Source: Candidatus Nanohaloarchaea archaeon (lineage in GTDB: Archaea; Nanohalarchaeota; Nanosalinia; Nanosalinales; Nanosalinaceae). From it: 64,000 bases of DNA. The stretch is from assembly GCA_013343275.1 (NCBI GenBank), contig CP046106.1, positions 832,001 to 896,000 of the forward strand. Reading direction: 5' to 3'. A program made the translations under genes and the position numbers. Within the stretch, counting starts at the first letter, position 1; the number at the start of each line of letters is the position of its first letter. Positions 19,597 through 29,400 of this stretch are shown one piece after another. The notes under the pieces were generated by a model that did not search any database, was not told where the DNA came from, and saw only the letters and a program-made list of their open reading frames with translations.

Positions 19597-20068
19597 AGGT
19601 TTTACGGAGTTTGCTACTGTTATGGTTCTGATTTCTCTAGTAGGTACTACGGCCTTGCTAAGCGTCGGTGTAGGAGGATTCAAGGATGTCCTGGGTGTAG
19701 CTTCTGATGGTAACGACGCAGGTAAAATCCAGAACAAGTTCTATGTCCCGGTAAGAAATGTCTGCGTACAGGGCACCAATGCTGATGACCGTGTGAGGAC
19801 ATTTACACTGTCCAACAAGATCAATGTAACTCTTATATCAGAAGAGAGGGATCCTGTGAAGGATCAAAGCGTCAGGGCCACTCTAGTGGAGGAAAGCGTA
19901 CAGCTTCTTCAGACAGATAAGATAACTGATTGCGTTATAAAGTTCAAAAATGGGCCTGAAACCTACCAGGTTTTCAAAAAGGAACAGCCTTACGAAGTAA
20001 CTGTCAAGAACATGGGAGAAGCTGGAGGAGGAAAACCTGCTACCCGTATAATAGTAGAGGAGAGATAG
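19577..20068 (+). CDS. pilin-like protein
   Basis: MKLSRRRG|FTEFATVMVLISLV. Confidence 0.7.
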   Translation: MKLSRRRGFTEFATVMVLISLVGTTALLSVGVGGFKDVLGVASDGNDAGKIQNKFYVPVRNVCVQGTNADDRVRTFTLSNKINVTLISEERDPVKDQSVRATLVEESVQLLQTDKITDCVIKFKNGPETYQVFKKEQPYEVTVKNMGEAGGGKPATRIIVEER

Positions 20069-20070
20069 TA

Positions 20071-20496
20071 ATGCGTAGAAAAGGGATATCGGGCGTTGTT
20101 ATAATGGCTGTAGTGTCCTTGTTTGGCCTAGGGATTATAATTGGGGTAACTCAAGGTTCTGCAGGAGGGACGCTTGATTTCGTAAAGGCTCAATCAGTGA
20201 ATCTACAGGCTGAGAGGGTTACAAATGCCATGCTGATAATGGAGACAGTTCCTGAAGGCTATGTCCAACTGAAGCTGGATGAATATCAGATAAGGTACGA
20301 TGAGAACGACAGGAATCTCAGCCTTAACTATTCGGGCAAGGTAGGATCGAATGTTGTTAAGCCCTACATGACCAGCTACGATCAGGTAATAGCACCTTCG
20401 ACATTCCAACCTATTAACGGTAGCTTGTGTATTAGAAAAGAGCACAGGAGCGGTCAATCAGTGCTTATACTCAATAGAACAGGGTGTAGCAGCTAA
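20071..20496 (+). CDS. pilin-like protein
   Basis: MRRKG|ISGVVIMAVV. Confidence 0.75.
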   Translation: MRRKGISGVVIMAVVSLFGLGIIIGVTQGSAGGTLDFVKAQSVNLQAERVTNAMLIMETVPEGYVQLKLDEYQIRYDENDRNLSLNYSGKVGSNVVKPYMTSYDQVIAPSTFQPINGSLCIRKEHRSGQSVLILNRTGCSS

Positions 20497-21101
20497 TGCC
20501 GGAAGAATCCCAGTCGATACTCTATATAGGATATGTCATCTTGCTTTTCCTGGGCCTTATGCTGCTACTAAGCTTCTTTCTCTCTGGCCTAACTAGTATA
20601 GAGGCAAATATTGAACAGACACATCAAAAAGAGTACAGAAAGGCTATAGTGTTGGAGAATCTACTATCTCTGGATGCAGACACTGAATCGCTGTATGGTT
20701 ACAGCTATACGCATCGAAGAAGCGTTATACCGGTGGAGTTCTTCACCAACTATAACCCTGACTCAGGGGAAATAGGTTACAGGGTACAGGGCCGTGCTAC
20801 AAGAGGCCACTGCTATATTCCTCGTGTGGAAGGCCTGGACGGCCAGCATTTTGCCTTCGGGATAGATCCTCTGGTTAATGAGGCACTGAACGCAACAGGA
20901 GATCCGATGGGCCAGCCAAATGTAGACTTCAAGTCAGTTGTCCAGAACTCGACTTCGGGAGCCTACAGAGCCTGTACAATGATGCATCCTGTGATCAGGC
21001 AGAGGGCCGTAGTTTCAACAGCTATGCTTGTAAGAGAGGATAAAAACCATTCAATGCTTCCAGTGAGGTTGTATGTCTATGATCCATACCCGACACGATA
21101 A
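20496..21101 (+). CDS. minor pilin-like protein without basic leader
   Basis: N-terminal hydrophobic helix; translationally coupled within the array. Confidence 0.6.
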   Translation: MPEESQSILYIGYVILLFLGLMLLLSFFLSGLTSIEANIEQTHQKEYRKAIVLENLLSLDADTESLYGYSYTHRRSVIPVEFFTNYNPDSGEIGYRVQGRATRGHCYIPRVEGLDGQHFAFGIDPLVNEALNATGDPMGQPNVDFKSVVQNSTSGAYRACTMMHPVIRQRAVVSTAMLVREDKNHSMLPVRLYVYDPYPTR

Positions 21102-21633
21102 AGGCCTGGCAGAAATGATAGGTTTTGTGGTAATCTTCATGATAGTTGTAATGATGGCTATCTACTTCTTCTCGCTCAATGCTATAGCTGGAAATAGTCA
21201 GAGCGTTAGTCAGGATGTGGATGTAGCTTACAGTGCGGATAATATCAGGTTGAGGTCTTCTGTCACTAGACTGATGATTGGAAAACTCTGGAGGTCAGAG
21301 GATGTAAACTATGGAGAGTATGGGGATCAGAAGGCCTACAATGTGATCTCCAAGTTCCTGTCGTCGGAGCCGGGCGAAAAAATATGGCTTAACGGAACCT
21401 CGGTCGACTACTCTGATGCAAAAACTGATATCCGGAGCTACCTGAAAACAACTATGGACAGCAGTTATGGAAACAAGCCTTACAGAGTCACTCTGCGAGA
21501 TACGAATGGGCTAGTCGTCTCAGTAGGAGATGTATCAAGTACTAATCGTGTAAGCTATCCGATAGCTCTGCAGAGCGGCCAGGGAAGAATAACAATCTAT
21601 GTCGAGGGAGGTGATACGCTCTATGTTCGATAG
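21073..21633 (+). CDS. pilin-like protein
   Basis: DKG|LAEMIGFVVIF. Confidence 0.7.
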   Translation: MSMIHTRHDKGLAEMIGFVVIFMIVVMMAIYFFSLNAIAGNSQSVSQDVDVAYSADNIRLRSSVTRLMIGKLWRSEDVNYGEYGDQKAYNVISKFLSSEPGEKIWLNGTSVDYSDAKTDIRSYLKTTMDSSYGNKPYRVTLRDTNGLVVSVGDVSSTNRVSYPIALQSGQGRITIYVEGGDTLYVR

Positions 21634-22738
21634 ATACAGCAAGGGAGAGCCATCTCCGCTTATGCTGGCCTTAGGCCTCTTCATAATGGCTGTAATCTTT
21701 GGGACAATGTCCTTCCCAATACAGAACTTCTTCTCAACACAGCTAGATACCTCTGTAGAGGACCTAGATAGAGTTGCGGATGCTAAATCCTACGCACAGC
21801 TCTACTTCTACAACTACGTTCCAACCGCGGCAACATACTCAACTTACCAGAACTCCTACCAAATGGCCAAGGAAGGCGGAGGGAAGACTATAGAGTGGAG
21901 TTCCAGCATATATACAGACTCGGGCCTGCCAGACTACGCCTATATTCCGGGCGGAGGCTGTGGTAGCTACGAAATAATAGGAGAGATCAGGTGTGAACTT
22001 GGAGAGAATGTAACGGATGACCTGCAGGAAAACTATCTGTCTCAGGTAAGCGAAGGCCGGTGTGGTCGACCCCGATACAATCTCGACATCTACTTCAGCC
22101 AGAAAAACTACTCCCTATCCGGAGGTGCGTTCGCACTTTCACCGATTAAAGCTAACTGTAGCTTCCCTGATGGTAAAGTAATGTACAAGGCCAACAACTC
22201 TTACCTCAGCCTGGACTTTGAGGTCTCTGGCGACAGGTATCTCAGAATGGCTCGTGAATCTAAGAGGATAACCAAGGGTCTCTACCAGGAGTGGAGTAGC
22301 ATATCTGATTCATACTCCGGTACAGAGACGGCCTGTGGATACAAAGATTACTCTACGGCTGAGCAGGAGGCAGTAAACGACGCTGAACAGGCCGTAAGGC
22401 AGGCCTTCAATAATGCGCCTCAGAGCTCAGATATATCTCATGTAACGGTTGAAACCTTTGAGATTCTAGGCCCTTCCGACAGTTTCACTGAAGGAGAGAC
22501 TACGGAGATTTTCAAAGGTTCGGACTCTCAGTCCTATGATGCCTTGGGAGATTGTGGCTGTGATGAGGATGGCGATAACTGTGAGACAGAGTATGAGGCC
22601 AAAGTAAATGTAACTCTGGAGAAGACCAATGTTAAACTTGTTTTGAAGGACAGGTTCTCGAAGATTCCGGTTGATTCCGGTAAGAGGTACATGGAGTTTG
22701 TGGTGGATAACTACACTCACTACTACCAGCGGGACTAG
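21623..22738 (+). CDS. large Cys-containing pilin-like protein
   Basis: GGAGGTGA SD; MFDRYSKG|EPSPLMLALGLF; CGCDEDGDNC. Confidence 0.7.
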   Translation: MFDRYSKGEPSPLMLALGLFIMAVIFGTMSFPIQNFFSTQLDTSVEDLDRVADAKSYAQLYFYNYVPTAATYSTYQNSYQMAKEGGGKTIEWSSSIYTDSGLPDYAYIPGGGCGSYEIIGEIRCELGENVTDDLQENYLSQVSEGRCGRPRYNLDIYFSQKNYSLSGGAFALSPIKANCSFPDGKVMYKANNSYLSLDFEVSGDRYLRMARESKRITKGLYQEWSSISDSYSGTETACGYKDYSTAEQEAVNDAEQAVRQAFNNAPQSSDISHVTVETFEILGPSDSFTEGETTEIFKGSDSQSYDALGDCGCDEDGDNCETEYEAKVNVTLEKTNVKLVLKDRFSKIPVDSGKRYMEFVVDNYTHYYQRD

Positions 22739-22792
22739 GACGGGTTCAATTTATATTTTTCATCACGTAAAACAGTGATAGGTGATTTACTA

Positions 22793-23089
22793 GTGCCAGA
22801 AGAACAAGAAGATCAAGGAGACGACAACACAGTATACGTGGGATCTAAGCCTGCAATGAGTTACGTACTAGCAGTTGTAACTCAGTTCAGTGAAGGACAC
22901 GAAACAGTACATGTCAAAGCACGAGGTAAGGCAATCAGCCGAGCAGTAGACGTTGCAGAAATCGTAAGAGACAGATTTGTAGAAGATGCAGAGATTGAAG
23001 ATATCTCAATCGGTACAGACGAGATAGAAACAGATGAAGGAGACGAGCTTAACGTCTCAAGCATCCAGATCGACCTACTGCAGCCTTAA
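22793..23089 (+). CDS. albA: chromatin protein Alba
   Basis: [31 protein letters not shown]. Confidence 0.95.
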   Translation: MPEEQEDQGDDNTVYVGSKPAMSYVLAVVTQFSEGHETVHVKARGKAISRAVDVAEIVRDRFVEDAEIEDISIGTDEIETDEGDELNVSSIQIDLLQP

Positions 23090-23173
23090 AACAATGTACT
23101 GTACCTCTTTTCTTTCTATTACTTCCCTGTTTCTTCAAAGTATTTTTATACAGGCCTAACCAAAAACTCATGT

Positions 23174-23527
23174 ATGAAACGTAAAGGCCTTTCACAGGTT
23201 CTATGGCTAATAATTGCAGCAGCAGTACTAATGATGGTCTCAATGGCCCTCACATTCACAACACAGGGAACACTAGGAAACTTCGCTCAGAGCACGGATG
23301 CGAACGCATGCCGAAATACCCTCAGCAACAAGGTAGCAGCACAGACACAAGGAGATATCTTCATGGCTCCAAGAAGCTGCTACTCTGATGACGGCAACCC
23401 TGTAGCCTATCAAGGTAAACTCGCTAACGACGACGGCACTAACAACAGAGAATGTCTTCAGAAGACATCTACTGGTTGGGAGAGTATAGGAGAGGCCTCC
23501 ACTGAAAGCGGTTGCCCAGCACCATAG
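23174..23527 (+). CDS. pilin-like protein
   Basis: MKRKG|LSQVLWLIIAAAVL; 4 Cys. Confidence 0.75.
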   Translation: MKRKGLSQVLWLIIAAAVLMMVSMALTFTTQGTLGNFAQSTDANACRNTLSNKVAAQTQGDIFMAPRSCYSDDGNPVAYQGKLANDDGTNNRECLQKTSTGWESIGEASTESGCPAP

Positions 23528-23539
23528 GAGTGATTAATA

Positions 23540-23839
23540 ATGGATAAACTGCTGGAGATAGTGATGGCCGCAGTAGTTATATCAGTGACAGGCCTAGCAG
23601 TGCTTTTCGCTCTTAATAGCCAGAGCGGTAGCTTTATGAATTTTCTAGACAGTCAATCCCAAGATGCAAGGTGTGATATGCTCAAAGATAAGTACGATAG
23701 AGCAGCTGAGAACGAAAATGTGGATAGGTATACTGAAATTAATCAGAAAGCTAGTAATATGGGATGTGAATGGGCAACTGGAGGCGGAGGTAGCCCATCT
23801 CTGCCTACAGGTGGCGGGCCGGCGCCGGCAACACCGTAG
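23540..23839 (+). CDS. pilin-like protein without basic leader
   Basis: MDKLLEIVMAAVVISV; GGAGTGA SD; Cys pair. Confidence 0.6.
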   Translation: MDKLLEIVMAAVVISVTGLAVLFALNSQSGSFMNFLDSQSQDARCDMLKDKYDRAAENENVDRYTEINQKASNMGCEWATGGGGSPSLPTGGGPAPATP

Positions 23840-23847
23840 TTGTTTGA

Positions 23848-25311
23848 CTATTCGAGCAGCATCTTCTCGATAAGTTTCTCTATCTCCCATATTTCATTTT
23901 CTTCAATATTTTTCTCTACATCAAGATCTGCGTCAACGCTGATTAGAGGTACAGGATTTAAGGTGTGCGATGTGTTTGGGCTCTCTTCCGTACCCATGTC
24001 CTCGCAGTTACCGTGGTCTGCCGTGATCAGCATGGAGTAATCTGTATCCTCTACTTTTTCTACTAGACGCCCTATATTCCTATCCACGGTTTCGACAGCG
24101 GTAATAGCTGCATCTAACTCTCCTGTATGACCTACGAGATCGCAGTTAGCAAAGTTCAGGAGGATAAAATCTTTCTCTCCTTCTTCAAGGGCCTCAAGTA
24201 CTACGTCACAGATATCATCGGCATGCATCTCAGGCTTCTGATCGTAGGCCTTGATCTTGTCGCTCTCGACGAAATGCCGTTCCTCGTGCTCGAACTCGAG
24301 CTCTCTCTGGCCGTTGAAGAAGAATGTAACGTGAGGTCTTTTCTGGCTTTCCGCTACACGAAGCTGTGAGAGACCTGCATCTTCTATCTTTTCCCCCAGC
24401 GTGTTTTCCACTATTTTTTTCTCGAATATTGCTGGATTATCGATTTCGTGCTCGTACTGGAACATAGAGGTGAAGTTAGGATGGATAGGTTCGTCATATT
24501 CATCTGGATCGACCTCAGAGACAAGCTCTTCCTCTATCTGGCGCTCCCTGTCGGCCCTGAAGTTGTAGAATATCACCTCATCATCGTTGCTCATGCCATC
24601 ATAGTCCTCACTTACTGAAGGGATTACAAAGTAGTCGTAGTCTCCATTATTGTAGGTCTCTTCGAGGGCCTCCTGGGGATCCGAGAACTCGAATCCTTCA
24701 GCTTCCGCCATCGCATGGTAGGCCTTGTGTGTCCGTTCCCAGTTGTGGTCACGGTCCATAGAGTAGTAGCGGCCTGTCACTGTAGCGATCTCTCCGCTGA
24801 ATTCTTCCGTCCATCCCTCGATCTGGTCCAGAAACTTCTCTGCAGATTTAGGCGAGACGTCTCTACCATCTGTAAAGCAATGAATCTTAACCTCTACATC
24901 GTACTCTGAGGCAATCTCCAGTAAGGCCTTAAGGTGATCGATGTGGCCGTGGATTCCTCCGTCTGAGATGATGCCTGCGAAATGTACTGTAGTATTGTTT
25001 TCCTCTGCTCTCTCAAGGGCCTGTTTCAGTGCCTTTTTCTCTTTTAGTTCGTTGTTTTCGATTGCCTGGTTTATTCTGGTTAGTCTCTGCGGTATTTTTC
25101 GTCCTGCTCCTAGGTGTAGGTGGCCGACCTCTGAGTTGCCTGTGTATCCTTTGGGTAGGCCTACGGCTGGTCCGGATGCGTCTAGCTTGGCGAACCCGTT
25201 TCTTGCCATGAGTTTGCCGAGGTTAGGTGTGTCTGCTTGTTTGAATGCGTTGCCTTCTGTCTTTTCCCGGAGGCCTACGCCGTCCATCACTACTAGGAGT
25301 ACTGGTTTCAT
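23848..25311 (-). CDS. gpmI: 2,3-bisphosphoglycerate-independent phosphoglycerate mutase
   Basis: GNSEVGH, TDGRDV, GRYYSMDRD, NFRADR, DLVGHTG, TADHGN. Confidence 0.95.
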   Translation of the reverse strand: MKPVLLVVMDGVGLREKTEGNAFKQADTPNLGKLMARNGFAKLDASGPAVGLPKGYTGNSEVGHLHLGAGRKIPQRLTRINQAIENNELKEKKALKQALERAEENNTTVHFAGIISDGGIHGHIDHLKALLEIASEYDVEVKIHCFTDGRDVSPKSAEKFLDQIEGWTEEFSGEIATVTGRYYSMDRDHNWERTHKAYHAMAEAEGFEFSDPQEALEETYNNGDYDYFVIPSVSEDYDGMSNDDEVIFYNFRADRERQIEEELVSEVDPDEYDEPIHPNFTSMFQYEHEIDNPAIFEKKIVENTLGEKIEDAGLSQLRVAESQKRPHVTFFFNGQRELEFEHEERHFVESDKIKAYDQKPEMHADDICDVVLEALEEGEKDFILLNFANCDLVGHTGELDAAITAVETVDRNIGRLVEKVEDTDYSMLITADHGNCEDMGTEESPNTSHTLNPVPLISVDADLDVEKNIEENEIWEIEKLIEKMLLE

Positions 25312-25320
25312 ACCGGGTTT

Positions 25321-25833
25321 TTGTCGTTGGTTGAATTTATTAACAACGCCGAGGAAGAATTTGTTATGCAGGAGATCGAGCAGAATCTTGAGAGTGCTCG
25401 CAGAAACCTTGAGGAGGCCGAGTCTGTTTCCCGGAGCAGTATTGATGGGAAGCTGGCAGAACTTAACAGCAGGCTGGAGGAGCTTGAGGTAGAAGTCTTC
25501 AGTGATGAGGAAAGAGGCCGGTCGCTCTCCGAGAAGGTTGAGACTCTGAGTTCTCAGGTCGAGCAGATCTCTGAATCTAATCCTGATGAGCGGTTGAATG
25601 AGTTTGAGGAAGAGCTTCTGGACCTGAAACAGGAAGTTAACGAGATTTCCTCTCAGTCAGATGAAGGCGCGCAGAATGAGGATATTGAAGAGCTCTGGAA
25701 TGAGCTAGATAAAGAGTTCGCTGAGATAGAGAGAAGGATGCATGAGAATGAAAGCGAGCTAGAGGAGCTTAGATCGGATGTTGCACATATTTCAGAGGTT
25801 CTCAGAACAGTTATCTCCGAGAACTTTCGATGA
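25321..25833 (+). CDS. acidic coiled-coil protein
   Basis: heptad repeats; start uncertain. Confidence 0.7.
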   Translation: MSLVEFINNAEEEFVMQEIEQNLESARRNLEEAESVSRSSIDGKLAELNSRLEELEVEVFSDEERGRSLSEKVETLSSQVEQISESNPDERLNEFEEELLDLKQEVNEISSQSDEGAQNEDIEELWNELDKEFAEIERRMHENESELEELRSDVAHISEVLRTVISENFR

Positions 25834-25903
25834 TGTTGTTCTCCAACAGTCAAAAAAGGCTTTTAACTTTTTGATCACTTGTAGGTATTAAGTGGTTGTA
25901 AAA

Positions 25904-27496
25904 ATGGCTGAAGATGTTATTTTCGGAGGAGACGATGAGCAGGAAAACACCGAGGAAGAGCAGGAAACTGTCCTAGAGTCAGAGGATCAGCAGGAAGAAC
26001 AGGACGAAGAATCACAGGAAACACTTTTCGGCGGCTCAGAAGATGAAGACTCCGAAGAAAAAGAAAGCGCCGAAACAGAAGATTCAACTGAAGAATCGAC
26101 AGAAGAAAGAGAATCAACCACAGAAAGCCTTTCCAGCGATAGTTCTAACACGGAAGACTCCGATATCGAGGAAAATGATATTGATGAAGAAAAATTCAGT
26201 GAAGTAGAGCAGAGAATGGAGGAGATGGAGGCCCGGCTTGAAGATATGGCCTCTGAAGACAGCGACGAGGCCCAGGATCTAGAGGAGAGGCTTGAAGAGC
26301 TTGAATCCGAACTCGAGAAAATAGAGGAACTGGAAGAACAGATAGACGACAATACAGATGAAGGAGCCTTGGAAGAGGTTGAAGAGATCGAGGAGAACTT
26401 TGAGGAAAGATATGAGGCACTTCAGTCAAGGATATCTGACCTGGAAGACGAGAAAGAAATTGAAGAGCTTGAATCCGAACTAAACGAACTTAAAGACAGA
26501 GTTGCGGAGAAAACGGATCTTATCAATGATTTGAAGGAGAGAAACAACAGCAAGATCGAAGAGCTGGAACAGAAAGTCGAGGAAGTGGAATCGGCAGATG
26601 CTGAAGAGTTCGAGGAAAGACTGGATCAACTGGAGGAAGAGATAGAGAACTCCGAAATTGAGGAAGAAATTCAGGAATTAAGAGGTGAAATAGAGCAGGT
26701 AGAGGCCGAAGAACTCGATGAACTGGAGGAAAGGCTTGATGAACTGGAATCCGACATTGATAATAGCTCTCTTGAAGATAGGATTGATTCAATCGAGAGC
26801 AGGATCGACGAGATAGATCAGAATGAACAGGTAGAAGAACTGCAGGACGATATCTCCGATATAAACAGCCAGGTAGAGAAATTACGGGAAAAGATAGATG
26901 AAATAGAGGATAACAGTCCGGAAGCCGACATTGAAGATAATTCTGATGCGATAGATGAACTGAAAGTTGATGTGGAAAATGTAAAAACACAGCTCAGCAG
27001 CCTGGAAGAAGATATAGAGGAACAGGATGTGACCCAGCTACAAAAGGAAGTTGAGCAGCTGAAAGGAATGGTTTCAGACTTCAAATGGATATTCAACGAC
27101 TTTGACGATCTGGCCAACCTCAAGCTTCTATCAGAGGAAGAGTACGAAGAAATAAGCAAAAAATCCGATCAGGACAGAGAGGAACAGGACAGGTTTACCG
27201 AACTAGTAGAGGCGCTGAACAGGAACGTAGAGAAACTAGCCGAGAGCAGTGGTGGCAGCTCTCAGCTAGAGGAAAGGGTAGAGAAACTGGAGAAACGCCA
27301 GAAATCAAGGACTTCGGCCCTCAAACAGAGATTATCTCAGCTGGAAGAACAACAGGTAGACCAGTCGGATGTAGAGGCAGTAGTCGACGAAATGGAGAGA
27401 CAGGAAGAAGCCATAGAAGATATCAGGGAAGGCTACCAAGAACTCGGCGAAATGATGGAACTGATCTTGAAGGACTACAAAAACCAGAACCAGTAA
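25904..27496 (+). CDS. long hyperacidic coiled-coil protein
   Basis: disordered acidic head plus about 430 aa of heptads, no ATPase motif. Confidence 0.8.
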   Translation: MAEDVIFGGDDEQENTEEEQETVLESEDQQEEQDEESQETLFGGSEDEDSEEKESAETEDSTEESTEERESTTESLSSDSSNTEDSDIEENDIDEEKFSEVEQRMEEMEARLEDMASEDSDEAQDLEERLEELESELEKIEELEEQIDDNTDEGALEEVEEIEENFEERYEALQSRISDLEDEKEIEELESELNELKDRVAEKTDLINDLKERNNSKIEELEQKVEEVESADAEEFEERLDQLEEEIENSEIEEEIQELRGEIEQVEAEELDELEERLDELESDIDNSSLEDRIDSIESRIDEIDQNEQVEELQDDISDINSQVEKLREKIDEIEDNSPEADIEDNSDAIDELKVDVENVKTQLSSLEEDIEEQDVTQLQKEVEQLKGMVSDFKWIFNDFDDLANLKLLSEEEYEEISKKSDQDREEQDRFTELVEALNRNVEKLAESSGGSSQLEERVEKLEKRQKSRTSALKQRLSQLEEQQVDQSDVEAVVDEMERQEEAIEDIREGYQELGEMMELILKDYKNQNQ

Positions 27497-27502
27497 CTGC
27501 AA

Positions 27503-28534
27503 CTAAGTGAAGCTGTCAAGGCCTGACTGCCGTGAACTTAACGCTGCCTCGAGATCTGAAAGACCTGACTCCACTCGATCCTCTGAGAAGTCGTGGTCAT
27601 CTACAAGTATTTCTTTAATCTTCTCTTCATCTACTTCCCCGAAGCTGTACTCGATTTCCTCTACAGGCGGGCTTTTGAAAAAATCTATAATCTGTTCCGG
27701 ACCGGCCTCTGACTCCCACTCTACTTTCTCATCCTCAAACAGCTTATCCCAGGAATCGTACTCTCTAACCAGTTTCAAAGCAGTCTTCGGTCCTATTCCG
27801 TGAACGCCGTCAGGATTGAAGTCGGTACCCATCAGCACGCCCATCCAGATAAGCTTCTCCTGAGAGATATCAAGCTGATCAAGAACCTCTTCAAGCTCGA
27901 TAAGCTCCGTGGAAATCTCTTTCCTACCGCCGCTGGAGGTCTTCCGAGTCTTTCTCGTAGTAAGATTCTTCACCATTCTCTCGGCGCCGAAAAGCAGTGA
28001 ATCCCAGTCCTGGCTTCCGACTGCGTAGATATCGCCGGGATAGTCTTCATGAGTCATATATGCAGCTTGTGCCTCTCCCTCGCTAGGAGCCTGAATGTAG
28101 GGGATTCCCATTGCATCCAGGAGCCTCTTCGACTCCTTAATCATATCTCCTGTTAGTTTAGATGACTGAGTAGCCTTGCTGTAGGCCTCGGAAACCTTGC
28201 CCTCTTCCTTCAACTTCTTCCACTCTTCCCGAGCTTCCTCTCTCTTCTTCCTTCTCTGTGTAGTCTCTTTCTCCTTGAGATCAGGAGCTTCTCCGTCAAA
28301 TACGTATACAGGCCTGATATTTTCTTCAAGCATGTTGATATTCCGGTAGAAAAGGCCTGACAGGTGGGAGGTAATGTTGCCGGACGAATCTTTTAGTGGG
28401 GTACCGTCTCTCTGTCTAATGATCGACAGGAACTGGTACAGGGTATTCATTGCGTCGACAGCTATCTCTTTATCGTTTAGATCCGCGAAATCTATTTCTT
28501 CTCTCTCAATGAGATCTCCAAGATTTACTCCCAT
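27503..28534 (-). CDS. fen: flap endonuclease 1
   Basis: DAMNTLYQFLSIIRQ, APSEGEAQAA, GTDFN, PIP box QSGLDSF. Confidence 0.96.
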   Translation of the reverse strand: MGVNLGDLIEREEIDFADLNDKEIAVDAMNTLYQFLSIIRQRDGTPLKDSSGNITSHLSGLFYRNINMLEENIRPVYVFDGEAPDLKEKETTQRRKKREEAREEWKKLKEEGKVSEAYSKATQSSKLTGDMIKESKRLLDAMGIPYIQAPSEGEAQAAYMTHEDYPGDIYAVGSQDWDSLLFGAERMVKNLTTRKTRKTSSGGRKEISTELIELEEVLDQLDISQEKLIWMGVLMGTDFNPDGVHGIGPKTALKLVREYDSWDKLFEDEKVEWESEAGPEQIIDFFKSPPVEEIEYSFGEVDEEKIKEILVDDHDFSEDRVESGLSDLEAALSSRQSGLDSFT

Positions 28535-28576
28535 TACAGAAACTAACTTAGGCCTTGACTGTTTAAATGGTAATCT

Positions 28577-28714
28577 ATGGAAGGCCTCTGCGACTACTGC
28601 CAGGAGAAGAAGGCTGTAACAAGCTGCGAAGTCTGCGGATCAAAAGTCTGTCAGGACCACAAAAAAGAGCATGGCTGTGCAGTATGCAACGGTGGAGAAA
28701 GAACTTTTGAATAA
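28577..28714 (+). CDS. 45-aa zinc-finger microprotein (not in ORF track)
   Basis: CDYC..CEVC..CQDH..CAVC. Confidence 0.75.
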   Translation: MEGLCDYCQEKKAVTSCEVCGSKVCQDHKKEHGCAVCNGGERTFE

Positions 28715-28733
28715 AAAATTAGAGAGGAGGTGT

Positions 28734-28988
28734 CTAGAGCTTGTCAAAGTGCTCTAGCTCGTAGCTCTGAATGTTCTCAAGCTGCTCCAGTTTCTCTTCA
28801 ACAGCGTCTGTACCGCCTTCCTCATCTGTAGTAATGCAGGAAACTTTAACTCCCTTCAATCCGAAAGCAACTTCTTCCTCACCGATATCCTGTACATCAA
28901 GGAGATCTCTAAGCTGATCCTTAATTCCCTCTAGATCGGTTTCTGCATCTTCCGGCATGATCTTGTAAACACACGAAATCTTTCCCAT
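28734..28988 (-). CDS. ef1b: translation elongation factor aEF-1beta
   Basis: KIMPED, EEVAFGLK, EEGGTD. Confidence 0.9.
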   Translation of the reverse strand: MGKISCVYKIMPEDAETDLEGIKDQLRDLLDVQDIGEEEVAFGLKGVKVSCITTDEEGGTDAVEEKLEQLENIQSYELEHFDKL

Positions 28989-29241
28989 AAAGTTTGATTC
29001 ACCTAAGAATACAGTGGAGAAGAAAAAGTTAAAACAAGAATGGAGAAAAAGAGGAGAAATGCTAAAAACAGGCCTGAGATCACTTAATCAGACTAAAGGC
29101 CTAGTTTGTCCTTGATCTTCTGAATGTATTTTTTCAGCATAGCGAACCACTTACAAAAACCAATAAAACAGAGGGCTGTTAAAAAGGTTTGCACTACCAT
29201 CTCGAACCGGTTTTAAAAATAGCCTACAGAGTAATGAATAG

Positions 29242-29313
29242 GCCCTCATGGTCTAGTGGAAAGACGGCACCTTGCGGAGGTGCAGATCCAGGGTTCAAAT
29301 CCCTGTGAGGGCG
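29242..29313 (+). tRNA. tRNA-Arg(GCG)
   Basis: cloverleaf; anticodon arm GCACC-TTGCGGA-GGTGC. Confidence 0.93.
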
Positions 29314-29400
29314 TCTTGTTACGCTCTTGACGAAACTTCAAGAGAAGTTTCTGTGAACGCACAAAATCTCTGATTTTGGAGTGCCATGCAATCAGCCATT

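Noticed and set aside
25892-27496. SMC/Rad50 call for the long coiled-coil protein
   Set aside because: No Walker motifs, hinge or zinc hook
29095-29140. 15-aa minus-strand micro-ORF MLKKYIQKIKDKLGL upstream of EF-1beta
   Set aside because: Too short to support without conservation data
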